A stretch of DNA of 32,000 nucleotides from Haloferax volcanii DS2 (GCF_000025685.1 NC_013967.1:1710001-1742000), one strand, 5' to 3'; numbered from the stretch's first letter, positions 1 through 10,183 are shown. A program made the numbers and translations. The notes: generated by a model not told the origin, from the letters alone.

Positions 1-1
1 G

Positions 2-103
2 GAGATTCCCCGACTCGACGACGAACTCGCCGCGGCGTTCCGCGACGCCGACTTCGAGACGGGAATGAAGGCGGCGGGCATCTGGCCCGACGGCTGGGAG
101 TGA
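2..103 (+). CDS. 3' end of a CDS that starts upstream of the window; product not identifiable
   Basis: Frame is open from the window edge to TGA at 101-103. It translates to EIPRLDDELAAAFRDADFETGMKAAGIWPDGWE*. Acidic composition and GC-rich third positions match the neighbouring genes. Confidence 0.4.
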   Translation, partial: EIPRLDDELAAAFRDADFETGMKAAGIWPDGWE

Positions 104-112
104 GTCCGGCGG

Positions 113-439
113 TCAGTCGCGCGCGGGCGACTCGGTGTCGTCTCCTCTGTCGCCGCCCGAGTCGCGCCCCTCGCCGCCGTCGTCGCCGTCGCTGACTTCG
201 ACCGTTAGCTCCGCCGCTTCGAGCGCGCGTTCGGTCGCGGCCTCGACGACCATTCCGGCCCCGATGACGACGTAGAACATCCCGTAGACGAACGTCGGCA
301 CGGCCACGAGGAGATAGAGTGCGAGGCCGGCGATACCCGTCGTGCCGGCGAGAAAGCCGCCGACGGCGTTGCCGACGCCGATGATAAACAGGCCGAAGAC
401 GATGCGGAGGGTGGCGTCCCACGCGGCGGACCGATCCAT
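113..439 (-). CDS. small integral membrane protein with acidic C-terminal tail (108 aa)
   Basis: Track ORF 113..565 trimmed to the internal ATG at 439 (MDRSAAWD...). The upstream part is an Arg/Pro-rich GC artefact. Hydrophobic helices include FGLFIIGVGNAVGGFLAG and LALYLLVAVPTFVYGMFYVVIGAGMVV. Confidence 0.55.
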   Translation of the reverse strand: MDRSAAWDATLRIVFGLFIIGVGNAVGGFLAGTTGIAGLALYLLVAVPTFVYGMFYVVIGAGMVVEAATERALEAAELTVEVSDGDDGGEGRDSGGDRGDDTESPARD

Positions 440-558
440 GCGTGAGCCGACGGCGAGCCGCGTGATGTGTCTACTGGTCGATACGCGGCGCGGGGGCGCG
501 GTGCGGACCCGCGGTGAAGGTCGCGGGGTCGCGGGAGTCGCGGGGGTTCTCCCGCGCG

Positions 559-1206
559 TCAGCACACCGCGAGCAGTTCGTCGAGCGAGTCGAGTTCGTA
601 GGTCGGCTCGGCGGCCAACTGGTAGCCATCGCGGTGCGGTCGGCGGATGAACGCCGAGTCGATGCCGGCGCGGTCGGCCGCGACCACGTCGACGTTGCTG
701 TCACCGACGTAGAGCGCCGAATCGACGCCGAGTTCGCCCATGGCGCGCTCGATGTAGTGCGGGTCCGGCTTCTTCACCCGCGCGCCCTCGACGGTCGGGT
801 CGCGGCCGTAGGCCACCTCGAAGCGGTCACCGATGTCGAACACGTCCAGAATGTGCTCGATGGTCGCGTGCTGGTTGTTGCTCACGACCGCCAGCGGGTG
901 GTCGATGTCGTCGAGGGCGGCCACGTCGTCGTACAGCGGTTTCGTCCCGTTTTCCAGACACGCCCGCTGGGTCGCCGCGGCGTGGGTCTCGTGGTGCGAC
1001 CAAAAGTCGTCGACCGGCACGTCGTGGACCGCGCAGATGCGGCGCAGGCGTGTGAGGCCGCCGTTGATGACGCCGTCGACCGTCTCGGTCGTCGGCTCCA
1101 CGTCGAACTCGTCGAACGCCCGCCTGACCGCCTCCCGCTGGACTTCGAGCAGCGTCGGCTTCGTCAGCACGCCGTCGTTGTCGAAGATGACAGCGTCGTA
1201 GCACAT
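559..1206 (-). CDS. HAD-superfamily hydrolase (phosphatase-like)
   Basis: N-terminal HAD motif I (AVIFDNDGVL), a later VVSNN segment and a C-terminal YVGDSNVDV motif; 215 aa. Confidence 0.85.
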   Translation of the reverse strand: MCYDAVIFDNDGVLTKPTLLEVQREAVRRAFDEFDVEPTTETVDGVINGGLTRLRRICAVHDVPVDDFWSHHETHAAATQRACLENGTKPLYDDVAALDDIDHPLAVVSNNQHATIEHILDVFDIGDRFEVAYGRDPTVEGARVKKPDPHYIERAMGELGVDSALYVGDSNVDVVAADRAGIDSAFIRRPHRDGYQLAAEPTYELDSLDELLAVC

Positions 1207-1293
1207 GGTCGAATCGTTCGGCCTCGACCGACGATAACGTTGCTATGTGCGACCCCAACCGCTCCGGAGGGCTATTGACCCCTCACGCGTCGG

Positions 1294-2145
1294 TCAACCG
1301 CGGTCTTCGCCGTCGCCGACGCGTCTGGCATCGCCCGCCCGCTCGACTCCCTCGCGGATGCGCGAGCCGACGCGCCAGCCGATACGGTCCGCCAGCGCCC
1401 GCTCTTCGAACGCCGCCGCGGCGCTCTCGGCGGCCATCGCGTCCACGTCGAACTCGACTTCCGGGTAGTCGACCGCCGTGAGAAGCAGGGGCGTCGGCGG
1501 CGCGGGTGCGATGCCCTCGGGGCCGTCGAGGTGGTCGGGACCGAGCGCATCGTCCACCTTCGAAAGTGGGGCCGCGTCCGACCCGACGGCGCGGACGAGC
1601 GAGACGAGTCGGCGGACGAGTTCGCGGGCGAAGCCGCCGGCCTCGACGCGCACGAGGAGGAAGTCGCCGTCGCGGGTCAGGCCGCCGTCGATGGCGCGGA
1701 CCGTTCCGTGGTCGTCGGGCGTGAGGTTGCGGAAGTCGTGGTCGCCGCGGCAGGCGTCGAAGGCGGCTTTCGCCCGGTCGTCGTCGAACCCCTCCGTCGG
1801 CGCGTGGAGGTCGTAAACGTACTCGCGGCGGGTCGGCCAGTGCCGGGCGTGGAAGTCGTCGGGGGCGTCGGCGTCGGCCCACGCTCGGACCGTCCCCGGT
1901 AGCTCCGAGTTCAGCGCCCGCGGCGTACACCAGTCGGGACACTCGAATGCGACGGTCTGGGCGAGCGCGGAGACGCCGGCGTCGGTCCGCCCGGCGGCGG
2001 CGTAGTCGGTCGGCTCCTCGTCGTCGTCGCAGACGCCGAGCGCGCGGCAGGCGTCGAAAATGGCGTCCTCGACGGTGGGCACGTCCGGCTGTCGCTGGAA
2101 CCCGTGGTACGGGCGTCCGTCGTAGGCGACGCGGAAGGCGCGCAT
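1294..2145 (-). CDS. truA: tRNA pseudouridine synthase A
   Basis: MRAFRVAYDGRPYHGFQRQ N-terminus and GRTDAGVSA catalytic-Asp motif typical of the TruA/Pus1 family; ATG at 2143-2145. Confidence 0.9.
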   Translation of the reverse strand: MRAFRVAYDGRPYHGFQRQPDVPTVEDAIFDACRALGVCDDDEEPTDYAAAGRTDAGVSALAQTVAFECPDWCTPRALNSELPGTVRAWADADAPDDFHARHWPTRREYVYDLHAPTEGFDDDRAKAAFDACRGDHDFRNLTPDDHGTVRAIDGGLTRDGDFLLVRVEAGGFARELVRRLVSLVRAVGSDAAPLSKVDDALGPDHLDGPEGIAPAPPTPLLLTAVDYPEVEFDVDAMAAESAAAAFEERALADRIGWRVGSRIREGVERAGDARRVGDGEDRG

Positions 2146-2216
2146 GACGGGTGCTTGCTCGGCGGACTACTTAACCGACGCCACCCGCGCCGTCGCGCCC
2201 CGCCCGACCGCATCGC

Positions 2217-2663
2217 TCACTCGCGTTCGACCGGCGAGTCCTCGCTTCGGACGGAGAGCACCGGCACGTCGACCAGTCGGAGCACGCGCTCGGTGACGCT
2301 CCCGAGCAGGTAGCGCTCGATGCTGCGGCGGCCGTGGGTGCCCATCACGATGAGGTCGGCGTCGACCTCCTCGGCGTACCGGAGAATTGCCCGGTGCGGC
2401 GAGCCGTGTTCGACGGCCGTGACGACCTCGGTGCCGTCAGCCTCGGCCGCCTCGACGGCCTCGGAGACAATGCGCTCGCCTTCCGCCTCGTAGGCGCGGA
2501 CGAGGCCGCCGGCGTCGAGTTGTGTCGCGTGGAGGGCGCGCTCGTCGACGACGTAGAGGGCGTACAGCGTCGCGTCCGTCGCCGCCGCGAGGTCGAGCGC
2601 GCGGTCGAGCGCCTCGTCGGCGGGGCCGCTCCCGTCCACCGGGACGAGAATCCTGTCGTACAT
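2217..2663 (-). CDS. universal stress protein (UspA family)
   Basis: MYDRILVPVDGS start and the C-terminal GTHGRRSIERYLLGSVTERV ATP-binding motif. The track ORF begins at a TTG (2693); the ATG at 2663 lies about 29 nt from a T-rich box. Confidence 0.85.
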   Translation of the reverse strand: MYDRILVPVDGSGPADEALDRALDLAAATDATLYALYVVDERALHATQLDAGGLVRAYEAEGERIVSEAVEAAEADGTEVVTAVEHGSPHRAILRYAEEVDADLIVMGTHGRRSIERYLLGSVTERVLRLVDVPVLSVRSEDSPVERE

Positions 2664-2785
2664 GTCGCTCGCCCGTACGACGGGCGGAAACAAAAGGGCG
2701 CGCGCCGGTATCGGGGCGCGGGAATCGCGGCGGCGATGGGGGGCGGCGGCACAGTCGGCGTTGCCGGCGCGACCCGCGAGGCGGC

Positions 2786-4081
2786 CTACTCGTGGTCCTC
2801 GTAGGTCGGCGCGTCGCGGTCACCGGGGAAGTCGTCGACGGGGACGGTCGTCTGGTCGCCGCTGGCCATGTCCTTGACCGTCACCTCGCCGTTTTCGAGG
2901 TCGCGCTCGCCGACGATGACGACCGTGTCGGCGTTGACGGAGTCGGCGTAGGACATCTGCGCGCCGAAGCTCCGGTCGGACACGTCGACCTCGACGACGT
3001 TGCCCGCCGCGCGGAGGTCGCGGGCGATGTCGGAGGCGACGCCGCGGGTGTCACCGACGGTGAGGAGGTAGTAGTCGGTCGCCAGCTCTTCGTCGGGCCA
3101 GACGCCGGCGCGCTGGCAGAGCAGTTGGAGCGTCGCGCCGCCGATGCCGACGCCGACGGCGGGGGTGGACTGGCCGCCGAACGACTCGATGAGGTCGTCG
3201 TAGCGGCCGCCGCCGAACGTCGCCCGCGACACGTCGCCCGTGGAGTCGAAGCACTCGAAGACGACGCCGGTGTAGTAGTCCAGCCCGCGGGCGGTCGAAA
3301 GCGACACCTCGCAGAACTCGCCCGCGCCGAAGTCGTCGGCGGCGGCGAGGACGTTCCGGAGGTTCTCGACCGCGGCTTCGACGTCGTCGCCGCCGAACGC
3401 CGCGATTTCGTCGAGGTCGCCGCGCTCGATGAGGTCGGCGAACTCGTCGGCCTGGTCGTACGAGAGGCCGGCGTCGGAGAGGAGGCCGAGGTACTCCGCG
3501 CGCTCGACCTTCTCGGACTTGTCGACGGCGCGGACCGCGTCGGCGACGTCCACGTCGACGTCGAACGACCGGAGCAGGCCCCCGAGGATGTCGCGGTGGG
3601 AGACGCGGAACTCGAAGTCGTCGGCCGTGAGGCCGAGGTCGGTCAGCGCGTCGGCGCAGAAGGCCAGAATCTCGGCGTCGGCCTCCGGCTCCGAGGAGCC
3701 GAAGATGTCGGCGTTGGTCTGGTAGAACTCGCGGAAGCGACCCTGCTGGACCTGCTCGTAGCGCCAGAAGGGCCGGGTCGAGACCCACTTGATGGGCTTC
3801 GACAGCGCCTGCTGTTTGGCGACGACCATCCGGGCGACCGTCGGCGTCAGCTCCGGCGTGAGCGCCACCTCGCGGCCGCCTTTGTCCTCGAAGGCGTACA
3901 GCTCCTCGACGATTTCCTCGCCGGACTTGTCGACGTACATCTGGGTCCGTTCGAGGTGGGGCGTCCCGATTTCGCGGAAGCCGTAGCGGGCGGCGGCGGT
4001 CTCGACGGTGTCGACGACCTCGCGCCGGGCCGACATCTCGCCGGGGTAGAAGTCACGAAATCCCTTGAGTCGGTCGTACAT
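2786..4081 (-). CDS. hisS: histidine--tRNA ligase
   Basis: GFRDFYPGEM and FWRYEQVQQGRFREFYQ class II motifs plus a C-terminal anticodon-binding region; 431 aa. Confidence 0.95.
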   Translation of the reverse strand: MYDRLKGFRDFYPGEMSARREVVDTVETAAARYGFREIGTPHLERTQMYVDKSGEEIVEELYAFEDKGGREVALTPELTPTVARMVVAKQQALSKPIKWVSTRPFWRYEQVQQGRFREFYQTNADIFGSSEPEADAEILAFCADALTDLGLTADDFEFRVSHRDILGGLLRSFDVDVDVADAVRAVDKSEKVERAEYLGLLSDAGLSYDQADEFADLIERGDLDEIAAFGGDDVEAAVENLRNVLAAADDFGAGEFCEVSLSTARGLDYYTGVVFECFDSTGDVSRATFGGGRYDDLIESFGGQSTPAVGVGIGGATLQLLCQRAGVWPDEELATDYYLLTVGDTRGVASDIARDLRAAGNVVEVDVSDRSFGAQMSYADSVNADTVVIVGERDLENGEVTVKDMASGDQTTVPVDDFPGDRDAPTYEDHE

Positions 4082-4135
4082 GGGCGTTGGTTGGCGCAGG
4101 TCGCGCTTGAAACCTGTTGTTCGGGGCGACGGCGA

Positions 4136-5041
4136 CTACCCGACGAGGGCGCGGAGCGCCGCCGCGTCGCCGAGGGCGATGAGCGAGACGCCGGCGACCG
4201 CGAGGACGGCGGCGACGAGGCGCGTGCCGAACCGCGCCTCTCGGAGGACGACCCCGCCGAGGACGACGGCGACGATGGCCTGCGTGTTGACGATGGGCGA
4301 GGCGACGCTCGCCGGCACCAGCCCGAAGGCCGTCGAGGTGACGTGTTCGCCGACGGCGACGAGCGCGCCCGCCGCGGCGAACTTCGGGAGGTCGCCGCGG
4401 ACGCCCGGCCACTCCCGCACTGCGACGGGGAGGACGGCGAGTGCCGAGCCGACGAAAAGCACCGGGACGAACACGCTCGTCGGGATGCCGAGTTCTTGTA
4501 GGGCGACGCGTTTGCCCACGTCGCTGACGGCGTAACAGGCCGCGCTGGCGAGCGCGAGTTGGGCGGGCCGCGACCGGACGGCGCGTCTGAGCGGGTCGAG
4601 GAACGCCCCGCCCTCGTAGTTCGCGACGTAGACGGCGACGGTGGCGACCGCGACGCCGAGGACCTGAACACCCGTCAGGAACTGGTTCAGAAACAGAATC
4701 TCGATGGGGAGGACGAACACCGGGACGAGCTTGTTGATGGGCGCGACGTAGGACACGTCGCCGGCTTCGAGGGCGTCGACGAACAGGATGAGCGCGACGC
4801 CGACGAGAGCGGCCGTACCGGCGACGATTCCGACGCCCGTCGCGCCGAGTTCGGCCAGCGAGGGGACTGCCGCGGGGTCGTACGTCACCGCCGTGACCGG
4901 GAGGTACAGGAGGACGGCGAAGGCGTTGACGACGACCGTGAGAACCGCCCCGGAGTAGCCCGGGAAGTACCGCTTCAGGGCGAAGATGTAGACGCCCCAG
5001 ACGAACGCGGCGAGAACGGAGTAGGCGATGCCGGGGTCCAT
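4136..5041 (-). CDS. EamA/DMT-family transporter
   Basis: 301-aa polytopic membrane protein with about 10 hydrophobic segments arranged as two EamA-like halves. Confidence 0.8.
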   Translation of the reverse strand: MDPGIAYSVLAAFVWGVYIFALKRYFPGYSGAVLTVVVNAFAVLLYLPVTAVTYDPAAVPSLAELGATGVGIVAGTAALVGVALILFVDALEAGDVSYVAPINKLVPVFVLPIEILFLNQFLTGVQVLGVAVATVAVYVANYEGGAFLDPLRRAVRSRPAQLALASAACYAVSDVGKRVALQELGIPTSVFVPVLFVGSALAVLPVAVREWPGVRGDLPKFAAAGALVAVGEHVTSTAFGLVPASVASPIVNTQAIVAVVLGGVVLREARFGTRLVAAVLAVAGVSLIALGDAAALRALVG

Positions 5042-5143
5042 GCCTCACCCGGCGCGCGGCGGCGTGAAAAACGACGCGGTACGAACCGGGGGCGCGCCGG
5101 GGGAGCGGGTGGCCGGGACGGCGTCAGAACGCGGGGGCCGCCC

Positions 5144-5734
5144 TCAGCGCCGGCCGTGGACGTAGCTCTGGACGTGGTCCGGGAACACCTCGTCGACCGC
5201 CGCCTGCCCGTGTTCGGCGGCGATGAGGTGGCGGAGTTCGCCCTCGTAGTCGGCCTTCGGAATCTCCTCGGACGGGCCGGTCTCCACGTCGAGATGCGAC
5301 TCGACGAGGCGGTCGACCGCGCCGCGACCGAACCCCGAAAGCGGCGAGAGGTAGTCGACGCCGTGGCGGTCTTCGAGGCTCTGGGCCTGCGCCCGCGAAA
5401 TCGAGGGGACGCGGTCGTCGCGGCGGGTGCCGTCGGCGACGGCGTCGAAGTCGAGGCCGCAGACCGCTTCGAGCGCGTGTTCGTGGACGTGTTGGATGCC
5501 GCCGCGGGGGTAGCCGTCTTCGACCATCCGGGCGGTCGCCGCCGCCGCGACCTCGCGGTCGAGCTCCAGCGTCTCGAAGGCGTAGCCGAGTTCGGCCGCC
5601 GCGTCGCGGGCGTGAGTCCAGTCTTTCGTGACCCCGAAGTGGGCGGTCACGAGCGTCACGTCGTAGAAGGTGTCGAGAAGCAGCGCGGCGAGCGAGGAGT
5701 CCTTGCCGCCGCTGTAGAGGAGCGCGAGTTCCAC
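5144..5734 (-). CDS. PP-loop ATP pyrophosphatase (adenine nucleotide alpha-hydrolase, DUF71/Dph6-like)
   Basis: N-terminal LLYSGGKDSS PP-loop motif; 196 aa. The family assignment beyond PP-loop is tentative. Confidence 0.7.
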   Translation of the reverse strand: MELALLYSGGKDSSLAALLLDTFYDVTLVTAHFGVTKDWTHARDAAAELGYAFETLELDREVAAAATARMVEDGYPRGGIQHVHEHALEAVCGLDFDAVADGTRRDDRVPSISRAQAQSLEDRHGVDYLSPLSGFGRGAVDRLVESHLDVETGPSEEIPKADYEGELRHLIAAEHGQAAVDEVFPDHVQSYVHGRR

Positions 5735-5737
5735 GTC

Positions 5738-6100
5738 TTACCGGCGGCGGATGTTGAAGCTCTTCGACTCGGGCTGCAGCTCCTTCAGGAGCGCCTTCAT
5801 CTTGTCGTCGTCGATGCGGCCCTGAATGCGCCCGCTCTGGGCGAGGGCGACGATTTGGCGTTCGACCTGCTCCGCGAAGTCCGGCTTGGACATCTGCACG
5901 GCGTTGAGGCGCTGGCGGGCCTCGTCGGTCAGATGCTGTTTGAGAAGCGCCTGTTTCTGCTGTTCGGCGCGCTGTTGGGCCTCCTCGGCCTGCTGTTGCT
6001 CCGCGGAGCCCTGTCCGCCGCCGCCCCGCTGTTCTTGGAGTTCCTGCATCTTCTTCTTTCGAAGCTCCTCCAGTCGCTCATCGTCGGGACTGCCACTCAT
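5738..6100 (-). CDS. PDCD5/TFAR19-like DNA-binding protein
   Basis: 120 aa with a Lys/Glu/Gln-rich N-terminal helix and a [36 protein letters not shown] core typical of archaeal PDCD5 homologues. It lies 3 nt upstream of the PP-loop gene. Confidence 0.8.
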   Translation of the reverse strand: MSGSPDDERLEELRKKKMQELQEQRGGGGQGSAEQQQAEEAQQRAEQQKQALLKQHLTDEARQRLNAVQMSKPDFAEQVERQIVALAQSGRIQGRIDDDKMKALLKELQPESKSFNIRRR

Positions 6101-6205
6101 ACCCTAGCGCACGGTCCGATGTCTGAAAACCATTACGGACCCGCATACAGACGGCTCTCGGGGAATCCGCCGTCGAAGAAGAACTCTCGGTGTGTGTCGG
6201 CGGCT

Positions 6206-6661
6206 CTACGCGTAGCGTTCGAGTTCCGGACGGTCGAGGTCGGAGAGCACGTCGGACGCGGCGTTGTCGAGGAAGCTCGTCCCCTCGGCGGTGATGCGGC
6301 GACCCTCGCCCTTGGCGGTCTCGACGAGGCCCTCCTCTTCGAGCTGCTGGAGGAGCGTGCGGATGATGTTCTTGCTGCCGGCGTCGCTGTGCGCACCGGA
6401 GACGCTGTATCGGTTGGAGCCGCGCTTGAGGCCGCCGTACTCGGTCGAGAGACGGTCGACGCCGACGGGGCCGTTCATGGCGACCTTGCGGAGCAGGCTC
6501 GCGCCGCGGACGTACCAGAAGTCGTCCTGCTGGGGCGGCAGCTCGCGGGTCTGGCCGCTCTTCGCGAAGGCCATCCAGTCGGGTTGCTCGATACGGTCCT
6601 CGAGTCGTCCGGCGACCTCCTCGATGAGGGCGTCCGCCGGGACGTCATAGATGGTTACCAT
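6206..6661 (-). CDS. rps19e: 30S ribosomal protein S19e
   Basis: MVTIYDVPADALIEEVAGRL...FWYVRGASLLRKV...GGLKRGSNRY sequence is characteristic of S19e; 151 aa. Confidence 0.95.
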   Translation of the reverse strand: MVTIYDVPADALIEEVAGRLEDRIEQPDWMAFAKSGQTRELPPQQDDFWYVRGASLLRKVAMNGPVGVDRLSTEYGGLKRGSNRYSVSGAHSDAGSKNIIRTLLQQLEEEGLVETAKGEGRRITAEGTSFLDNAASDVLSDLDRPELERYA

Positions 6662-6685
6662 GGCTATTGGTTCATAATCGCGGCG

Positions 6686-6691
6686 TTTAAA
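6686..6691 (-). promoter_or_regulatory. TATA-like box (TTTAAA) for rps19e
   Basis: Centred about 27 nt upstream of the ATG at 6661, the spacing expected for a leaderless haloarchaeal transcript. Confidence 0.5.
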
Positions 6692-6775
6692 GGCATCGTA
6701 TTCGCCCGATACGGGCGGTTGGAGGCTCCTGCGCCCCGACCGGCGTGCGCCGGGGTGACAGCCCGTATCGCGCCG

Positions 6776-7804
6776 TCAGGACCGCCACCCGCGCGCGCTC
6801 TCCGTGCTCATCACGAGGCCGCCGAGGACGACGGGCACCCAGTAGACGAACCCCCGGAAGACGACGATGCCGGCGGTCGCCACGTCGAACGAGACGGCGG
6901 AGCTCGCGGCGGCGACGAGGATGGCGAGCGTCCACTCGATGCCGCCCGCGCCGCCGGGGAGCGGCGTCACACCGGCTATCGCCCCAATAGGGACGACGAA
7001 CAGCGCGATGGAGAAGGCGATGGGCGCGCCGATGGCGTGAAACGCCACCCAGAGCGCGACCATCTGGCAGAACCAGCCGAACCCCGACAGGCCGAGCGCG
7101 ACCGCCAGCCCCCGCGGGTTTCGGCCGACGCGTTCGATAGAGCGGAAGAAGCCGTTGATGCGGCGCTCGATGCCGTCGTTCGTGGGCACCGACACCCGCG
7201 GGACGTATCGCGCGATGGTTCGGATGAACGGCGTCAGGGCACCGATGAGCCGGCGTTCGAGGCCGTAGCGGCGCTTCCACGCGGTGTAGACGGCCGCCGG
7301 AACGCCGACGGCGAGGGCGATGACGGCGACGAGCGCGATTTCGAGGTTGCGGCCGAGCGTCACTTCGGTGGCGTAGTAGCCCGCGCCGATGAGCGCGATG
7401 GTGATCGAGGGGACGAAGTTGATGGTGTCGACGCTGGCGATGGCCGCCAGCCCGGTCTCGTACTCGGTGTCGGTGCTCCGGGAGATGAGAAGCGCCGTCA
7501 CGGGCTCGCCGCCCGCCTGTCCGAACGGGGTGATGTTGTTCGAGAACGTCGCGCCCGTGAAGATGAGAAACGAGCGGGCTGTCGAGACGTTCACGCCGAG
7601 CACGCCGAGGACGGTCTTCAGCGACGCGCCCCACGCGACGAGCCAGACGAGCGTGATGGCGAGGATGGCGATCAGGTAGGTCGGCTCGGCCATCGTCACC
7701 CGGTCGACGAGTTCGTCCACGCCCGCGAAGTAGAACAGGACGGCGAAGACGACGACTGCCGCTGCGAAACCGAGCACCGTCGCGTGGAGGTTCTCGCGGG
7801 CCAT
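6776..7804 (-). CDS. flippase-like / lysylphosphatidylglycerol-synthase-TM-domain membrane protein (UPF0104)
   Basis: 342-aa polytopic membrane protein. The FSNNITPFGQAGGEP and GVTPLPGGAGGIE segments resemble the LPG_synthase_TM family. Confidence 0.7.
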   Translation of the reverse strand: MARENLHATVLGFAAAVVVFAVLFYFAGVDELVDRVTMAEPTYLIAILAITLVWLVAWGASLKTVLGVLGVNVSTARSFLIFTGATFSNNITPFGQAGGEPVTALLISRSTDTEYETGLAAIASVDTINFVPSITIALIGAGYYATEVTLGRNLEIALVAVIALAVGVPAAVYTAWKRRYGLERRLIGALTPFIRTIARYVPRVSVPTNDGIERRINGFFRSIERVGRNPRGLAVALGLSGFGWFCQMVALWVAFHAIGAPIAFSIALFVVPIGAIAGVTPLPGGAGGIEWTLAILVAAASSAVSFDVATAGIVVFRGFVYWVPVVLGGLVMSTESARGWRS

Positions 7805-7970
7805 TTGCTGGGGATGTGTCTACGACGGACATTAAGTCACCGGATTCGACGGCCGAGAAACAGGTCCCGCGTCGCCGCCGTCGCGGATTCGGTCGCGTTC
7901 CCCCGGTCGGCGACACCGCCGCTCACTTTCGGATAGATGGACATTTCCGCTCCGCCCGACACGTCCCCAT

Positions 7971-8864
7971 ATGGACGAGCGTGCCGCCCTCAGACTGCTC
8001 GCCGCGGACCTGCCGGACGCCGGCGACGACGCCGCCGTCGTCGACGACCTCGTCGTCACGACCGACATGCTCCACGAGACGACGGACTTCCCCGCGGGGA
8101 CGACCCGCTACACCGCCGGCTGGCGGGCCGTCGGCGCGTCGCTGTCGGACGTGGCCGCGATGGGCGCGAGCGCCACCTGCGCCGTCGCCGCCTACGCCGC
8201 CGTCGAACTCGACGAGACTGAACTCGGGGATTTCGTCCGGGGCGCGCGGGACGTCTGCGAGGCGGTTGACGCGTCGTACGTCGGCGGCGACCTCGACACC
8301 CATCGGGAGTTCACGACGGCGACGACGGCCATCGGCCGCACCGACGACCCGGTTCGTCGCTCTGGCGCGGAGTCGGGCGACCTGCTCTGCGTCACGGGCG
8401 AACTCGGCCGGTCGGCCGCCGCCGTCCGCCTGTTCGAGGCGAGCGAAACCGACCGCGCGAACGATCTGTTCCGGTTCACGCCCCGCGTCGCCGCCGGCGT
8501 CGCCCTCCGCGGGTCGGCCACGTCGATGATGGACTCCAGCGACGGCCTCGCCCGCTCGGCCCACCAGCTCGCGGAGGCCGGCGACTGCGGCTTCGAACTC
8601 GACTTCGACGCGCTCCCCGTCCACGACGCGGTCGAGGAGGTCGCGGCCGACGCCGACGACAGACGCGACCTCGCGGCGTTCTTCGGCGAGGACTTCGAAC
8701 TCGTGTTCACGCTCCCCGAGTCGGCGCTTGACGCCGCCCGCGACGTGGCGGACGTGCCGCTCACGGTGGTCGGAAAAGCCGTCGAAGAATCCGCAGACGC
8801 GGCCGTCGTCGCCGACGGCGAGGCCGTACCGGACCGCGGTTACACCCACGGCGGCGGTGAGTAG
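7971..8864 (+). CDS. thiL: thiamine-monophosphate kinase
   Basis: AGDDAAVV N-terminal motif, a DMLHETTDFP segment and an AIR-synthase-like C-terminal domain (DSSDGLARS); 297 aa. Confidence 0.9.
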   Translation: MDERAALRLLAADLPDAGDDAAVVDDLVVTTDMLHETTDFPAGTTRYTAGWRAVGASLSDVAAMGASATCAVAAYAAVELDETELGDFVRGARDVCEAVDASYVGGDLDTHREFTTATTAIGRTDDPVRRSGAESGDLLCVTGELGRSAAAVRLFEASETDRANDLFRFTPRVAAGVALRGSATSMMDSSDGLARSAHQLAEAGDCGFELDFDALPVHDAVEEVAADADDRRDLAAFFGEDFELVFTLPESALDAARDVADVPLTVVGKAVEESADAAVVADGEAVPDRGYTHGGGE

Positions 8865-8903
8865 AATCCTGTTTTCGCGGCGGTGTCGAGTCCGCGCGCC
8901 GCC

Positions 8904-10043
8904 TTATCCCGGAATGACCTGAATCGGCACGAGGAGGAAACACGCCGCGCCGAGGGCGAACGTAACGAGGCCCACGACCATCCGCGCAGGGCCGAGCGGC
9001 GTCTCGTCTATCGGCTTCGCCGGGCCGTTGTAGGCGATGAACGTCGACATCAGCCCCCAGAAGAACCACAGGCCGACGGACTGGTTGAGACCGAGCCCAC
9101 GGATGTAGTGGAGATACCCCGCGATACTGAACAGGACAAGCGGGACGGCCGCCGCGAGCGATTCTTGGCGCTCCCCGAGCATCGCCCGGACCATGTGGCC
9201 GCCGTCGAGTTGGCCGACCGGGAGCAGGTTGAGGACGGTGAAGAACATCCCGACCCAGCCGCCGATGACGACGGGGTGGACGACGGTCCGGGGGTCGGCG
9301 TACTCTGTCGGTCGATTGAGTACGGTCGCGATGGCGTCGAGGAGCGGTGGGTTGTTGAAGACGATCATGTCTCCGGACCGGCCGAGGACCTCGCTCGGGA
9401 CGGTCATCGGTTCGAGCGAGAGGCCGATGACGGTGACGACGACAGTCGCACAGAGCCCGGCGAGCGGGCCGGCGACGCCGATGTCGAACAGCGTCTTCCG
9501 GTCGGGCATCTGGCCGCGCATGCGGATGATGGCACCGAGCGTGCCGAACGGGAAGATAAACGGGATGAGGTAGGGCAGCGAGACGTTGACGCCGTGGTAT
9601 CGGCCGACCGCGTAGTGGCCGAGCTCGTGGACCGAGAGAACGCCGAGGACGGCGGCGGTGAAGGGCCACGCCTGAAGCAACACCAGCGGGTTCGCGGCGA
9701 TGTCCGACAGGGGGATGTAGTACCACGCGTACGCGCCGACGAACAGCGTCGAGAGAATCGTCAGCGCGAACAGCGTGATGTTCTTCCACGGGATTTCCTC
9801 GACGCCTTGCGAGGCCGGTTCGACGATGACCACGTCGGTCTCTCCGAGCCCGGACACCTGCGCTTCCACGTCGTAGCCGGCTCCCCGGAACGCCGACCAG
9901 ATTTCGCGGACGAGCATCTGCTCGGGGACGAGCGACTCGCCGTAGTAGATACGTCGGCGACCGTCTGACCGCACCTCGTGAACGTCGAAGACGGCGCGAA
10001 GTGCCTCCACCGGCGGTCCGTCCGCCGATTCGGACTGTTCCAT
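8904..10043 (-). CDS. M50 site-2 protease family metalloprotease (no PDZ domain)
   Basis: HELGHY (HExxH) and NLLPVGQLDGGH motifs within TM segments. Track ORF 8904..10301 was trimmed to the ATG at 10043 (MEQSESADGP...) because the upstream 86 codons are Arg/Pro-rich and non-acidic. Confidence 0.85.
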   Translation of the reverse strand: MEQSESADGPPVEALRAVFDVHEVRSDGRRRIYYGESLVPEQMLVREIWSAFRGAGYDVEAQVSGLGETDVVIVEPASQGVEEIPWKNITLFALTILSTLFVGAYAWYYIPLSDIAANPLVLLQAWPFTAAVLGVLSVHELGHYAVGRYHGVNVSLPYLIPFIFPFGTLGAIIRMRGQMPDRKTLFDIGVAGPLAGLCATVVVTVIGLSLEPMTVPSEVLGRSGDMIVFNNPPLLDAIATVLNRPTEYADPRTVVHPVVIGGWVGMFFTVLNLLPVGQLDGGHMVRAMLGERQESLAAAVPLVLFSIAGYLHYIRGLGLNQSVGLWFFWGLMSTFIAYNGPAKPIDETPLGPARMVVGLVTFALGAACFLLVPIQVIPG

Positions 10044-10069
10044 CGGCGTGCAGTAGGCGGGCGACGTGC

Positions 10070-10075
10070 ATAAAT
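10070..10075 (-). promoter_or_regulatory. TATA-like box (ATTTAT on the minus strand) for the M50 protease gene
   Basis: About 29 nt upstream of the ATG at 10043. This supports the shorter start and places the G-rich spacer outside the protease mRNA. Confidence 0.4.
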
Positions 10076-10183
10076 CCCGTGACGGAGACCTGACCCGACC
10101 GGGCGACGACGGCGCGAGAGGGCTGTCGCTCCGGCCGTGTGGTGTGCGTCGAAGCGGAACGCGAAAGTGAAAATGCGGGGTTG

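Noticed and set aside
2522-7936. Very long plus-strand ORFs (2522..4501, 659 aa; 4559..7936, 1125 aa)
   Set aside because: They run antisense to well-supported genes (hisS, the DMT transporter, the PP-loop ATPase, rps19e and the flippase-like protein). Their Arg/Gly/Asp-rich composition has no recognisable motifs. This is the typical stop-codon-poor antisense frame of a high-GC genome.
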